From the NCBI GenBank assembly GCA_964654365.1, contig CAZZIT010000147.1, positions 1-26,916 of the forward strand: 26,916 bases of DNA, written 5' to 3'. Both the position numbers and the translations under genes were made by a program. Origin of the DNA: an uncultured archaeon. GTDB lineage: Archaea; Halobacteriota; Archaeoglobi; Archaeoglobales; Archaeoglobaceae. Shown in pieces: positions 26,379 through 26,916 of the stretch. How positions within the stretch are numbered: position 1 is the stretch's first letter; every line of letters begins with the position of its first letter. A model generated the notes under the pieces. That model searched no databases. It was not told the origin of the DNA and worked only from the letters and a program-made list of their open reading frames with translations.

Positions 26379-26487
26379 ATTCTTCGTCTAAAAAGTTCAT
26401 GAATGTGATAAAAATTTTTGCAATCGAAGATCAATTAAGGACGGCCAAAGCATATCAATCTACAATCTCCTTTGCTCCGCGAGAATC

Positions 26488-26503
26488 GAAAGTATTATAT
26501 TTA
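26488..26503 (+). promoter_or_regulatory. BRE+TATA promoter of cas6
   Basis: GAAAG-TATTATATTTA, about 21 nt above ATG 26524. Confidence 0.6.
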
Positions 26504-26523
26504 CCATACAAGACTACCAAATA

Positions 26524-26916
26524 ATGAGATTGAGATTACATTTTCACACTACACCTGGTTCGCAGATAGATCTCAACTATTCCTATCACCTCGCCTCCGC
26601 AATTTACCGTGCAATTGAAAGGGCGGATCCATCCACTTCCATAGACCTTCATCTGCCAAATGTGCCAAAGTTCTTCACCTTCAGCAAGCTTATGATTCCC
26701 GAAAAGAGAATCGAGAATGGTAAGATACTCATAGAATCGGATGAAGTTTACCTCTTCTTTTCAACGATGAAGGATAAGACTGCGCAAAAACTGGTCGAAG
26801 GACTTTTCATGAAGCCTGAGATCAAGATTGGAGATACAAAAATGGATTTATCTCAAATTGAGGTTTTAAGGGAGAAAAAAATAGGAAGAAGGGAGAAATT
26901 CGTGACTCTAAGTCCA
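26524..26916 (+). CDS. cas6: CRISPR-associated endoribonuclease Cas6, N-terminal part, truncated by window end
   Basis: Not in ORF track. Hand translation: MRLRLHFHTTPGSQIDLNYSYHLASAIYRAIERADPSTSIDLHLPNVPKFFTFSKLMIPEKRIENGKILIESDEVYLFFSTMKDKTAQKLVEGLF...EKFVTLSP; NY.Y.L.S.IY, LH, K.FTFS.L and F.TLSP are Cas6 hallmarks. Confidence 0.9.
   Translation, partial: MRLRLHFHTTPGSQIDLNYSYHLASAIYRAIERADPSTSIDLHLPNVPKFFTFSKLMIPEKRIENGKILIESDEVYLFFSTMKDKTAQKLVEGLFMKPEIKIGDTKMDLSQIEVLREKKIGRREKFVTLSP

Noticed and set aside
61-26391. Numerous 60-230 aa overlapping ORFs in the track (e.g. 367..915, 1541..1957, 8638..9330, 9562..10233, 19284..19889)
   Set aside because: Antisense or off-frame shadows of well-supported genes, with Ser/Phe/Leu-rich composition and no recognisable motifs
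26379-26523. Possible CRISPR repeats or leader upstream of cas6
   Set aside because: No direct repeats; the AAAAATTTTT palindrome coincides with the probable TATA of the radical SAM gene

Overview
Compact, gene-dense archaeal chromosomal segment, most likely Archaeoglobales. Support: family-B DNA polymerase very like A. fulgidus PolB as recalled, fae-hps next to tpiA, spoVG, DUF22, and BRE/TATA promoters about 22-30 nt upstream of start codons. It holds about 26 CDS, mostly housekeeping: polB, top6B, RecJ-like DHH nuclease, GPN GTPase, tpiA, two differently fused HPS genes, core MetE-like protein, MarC, glycosyltransferases and a radical SAM protein. Two genes truncated by the window edges are missing from the ORF track: an acyl-CoA dehydrogenase (left) and cas6 (right). 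No tRNA, rRNA, CRISPR array, intein or mobile element was seen. Most notable observations: (1) in the mevalonate operon (regulator, HMG-CoA synthase, thiolase, DUF35) the thiolase has lost both catalytic cysteines (EAACASG to ENADASG, HDCF to HDSF) while HMGCS is intact; (2) an intact bacterial-type tRNA-guanine transglycosylase with a GGSLG pocket motif, translationally coupled to an iron-sulfur flavoprotein; (3) a coupled Lrp/AsnC + 3-TM protein + V4R-like module; (4) a GT2-flippase + YYY/DUF2298 membrane protein operon led by a radical SAM gene. All family assignments come from motif recognition and recall; no database search was run.
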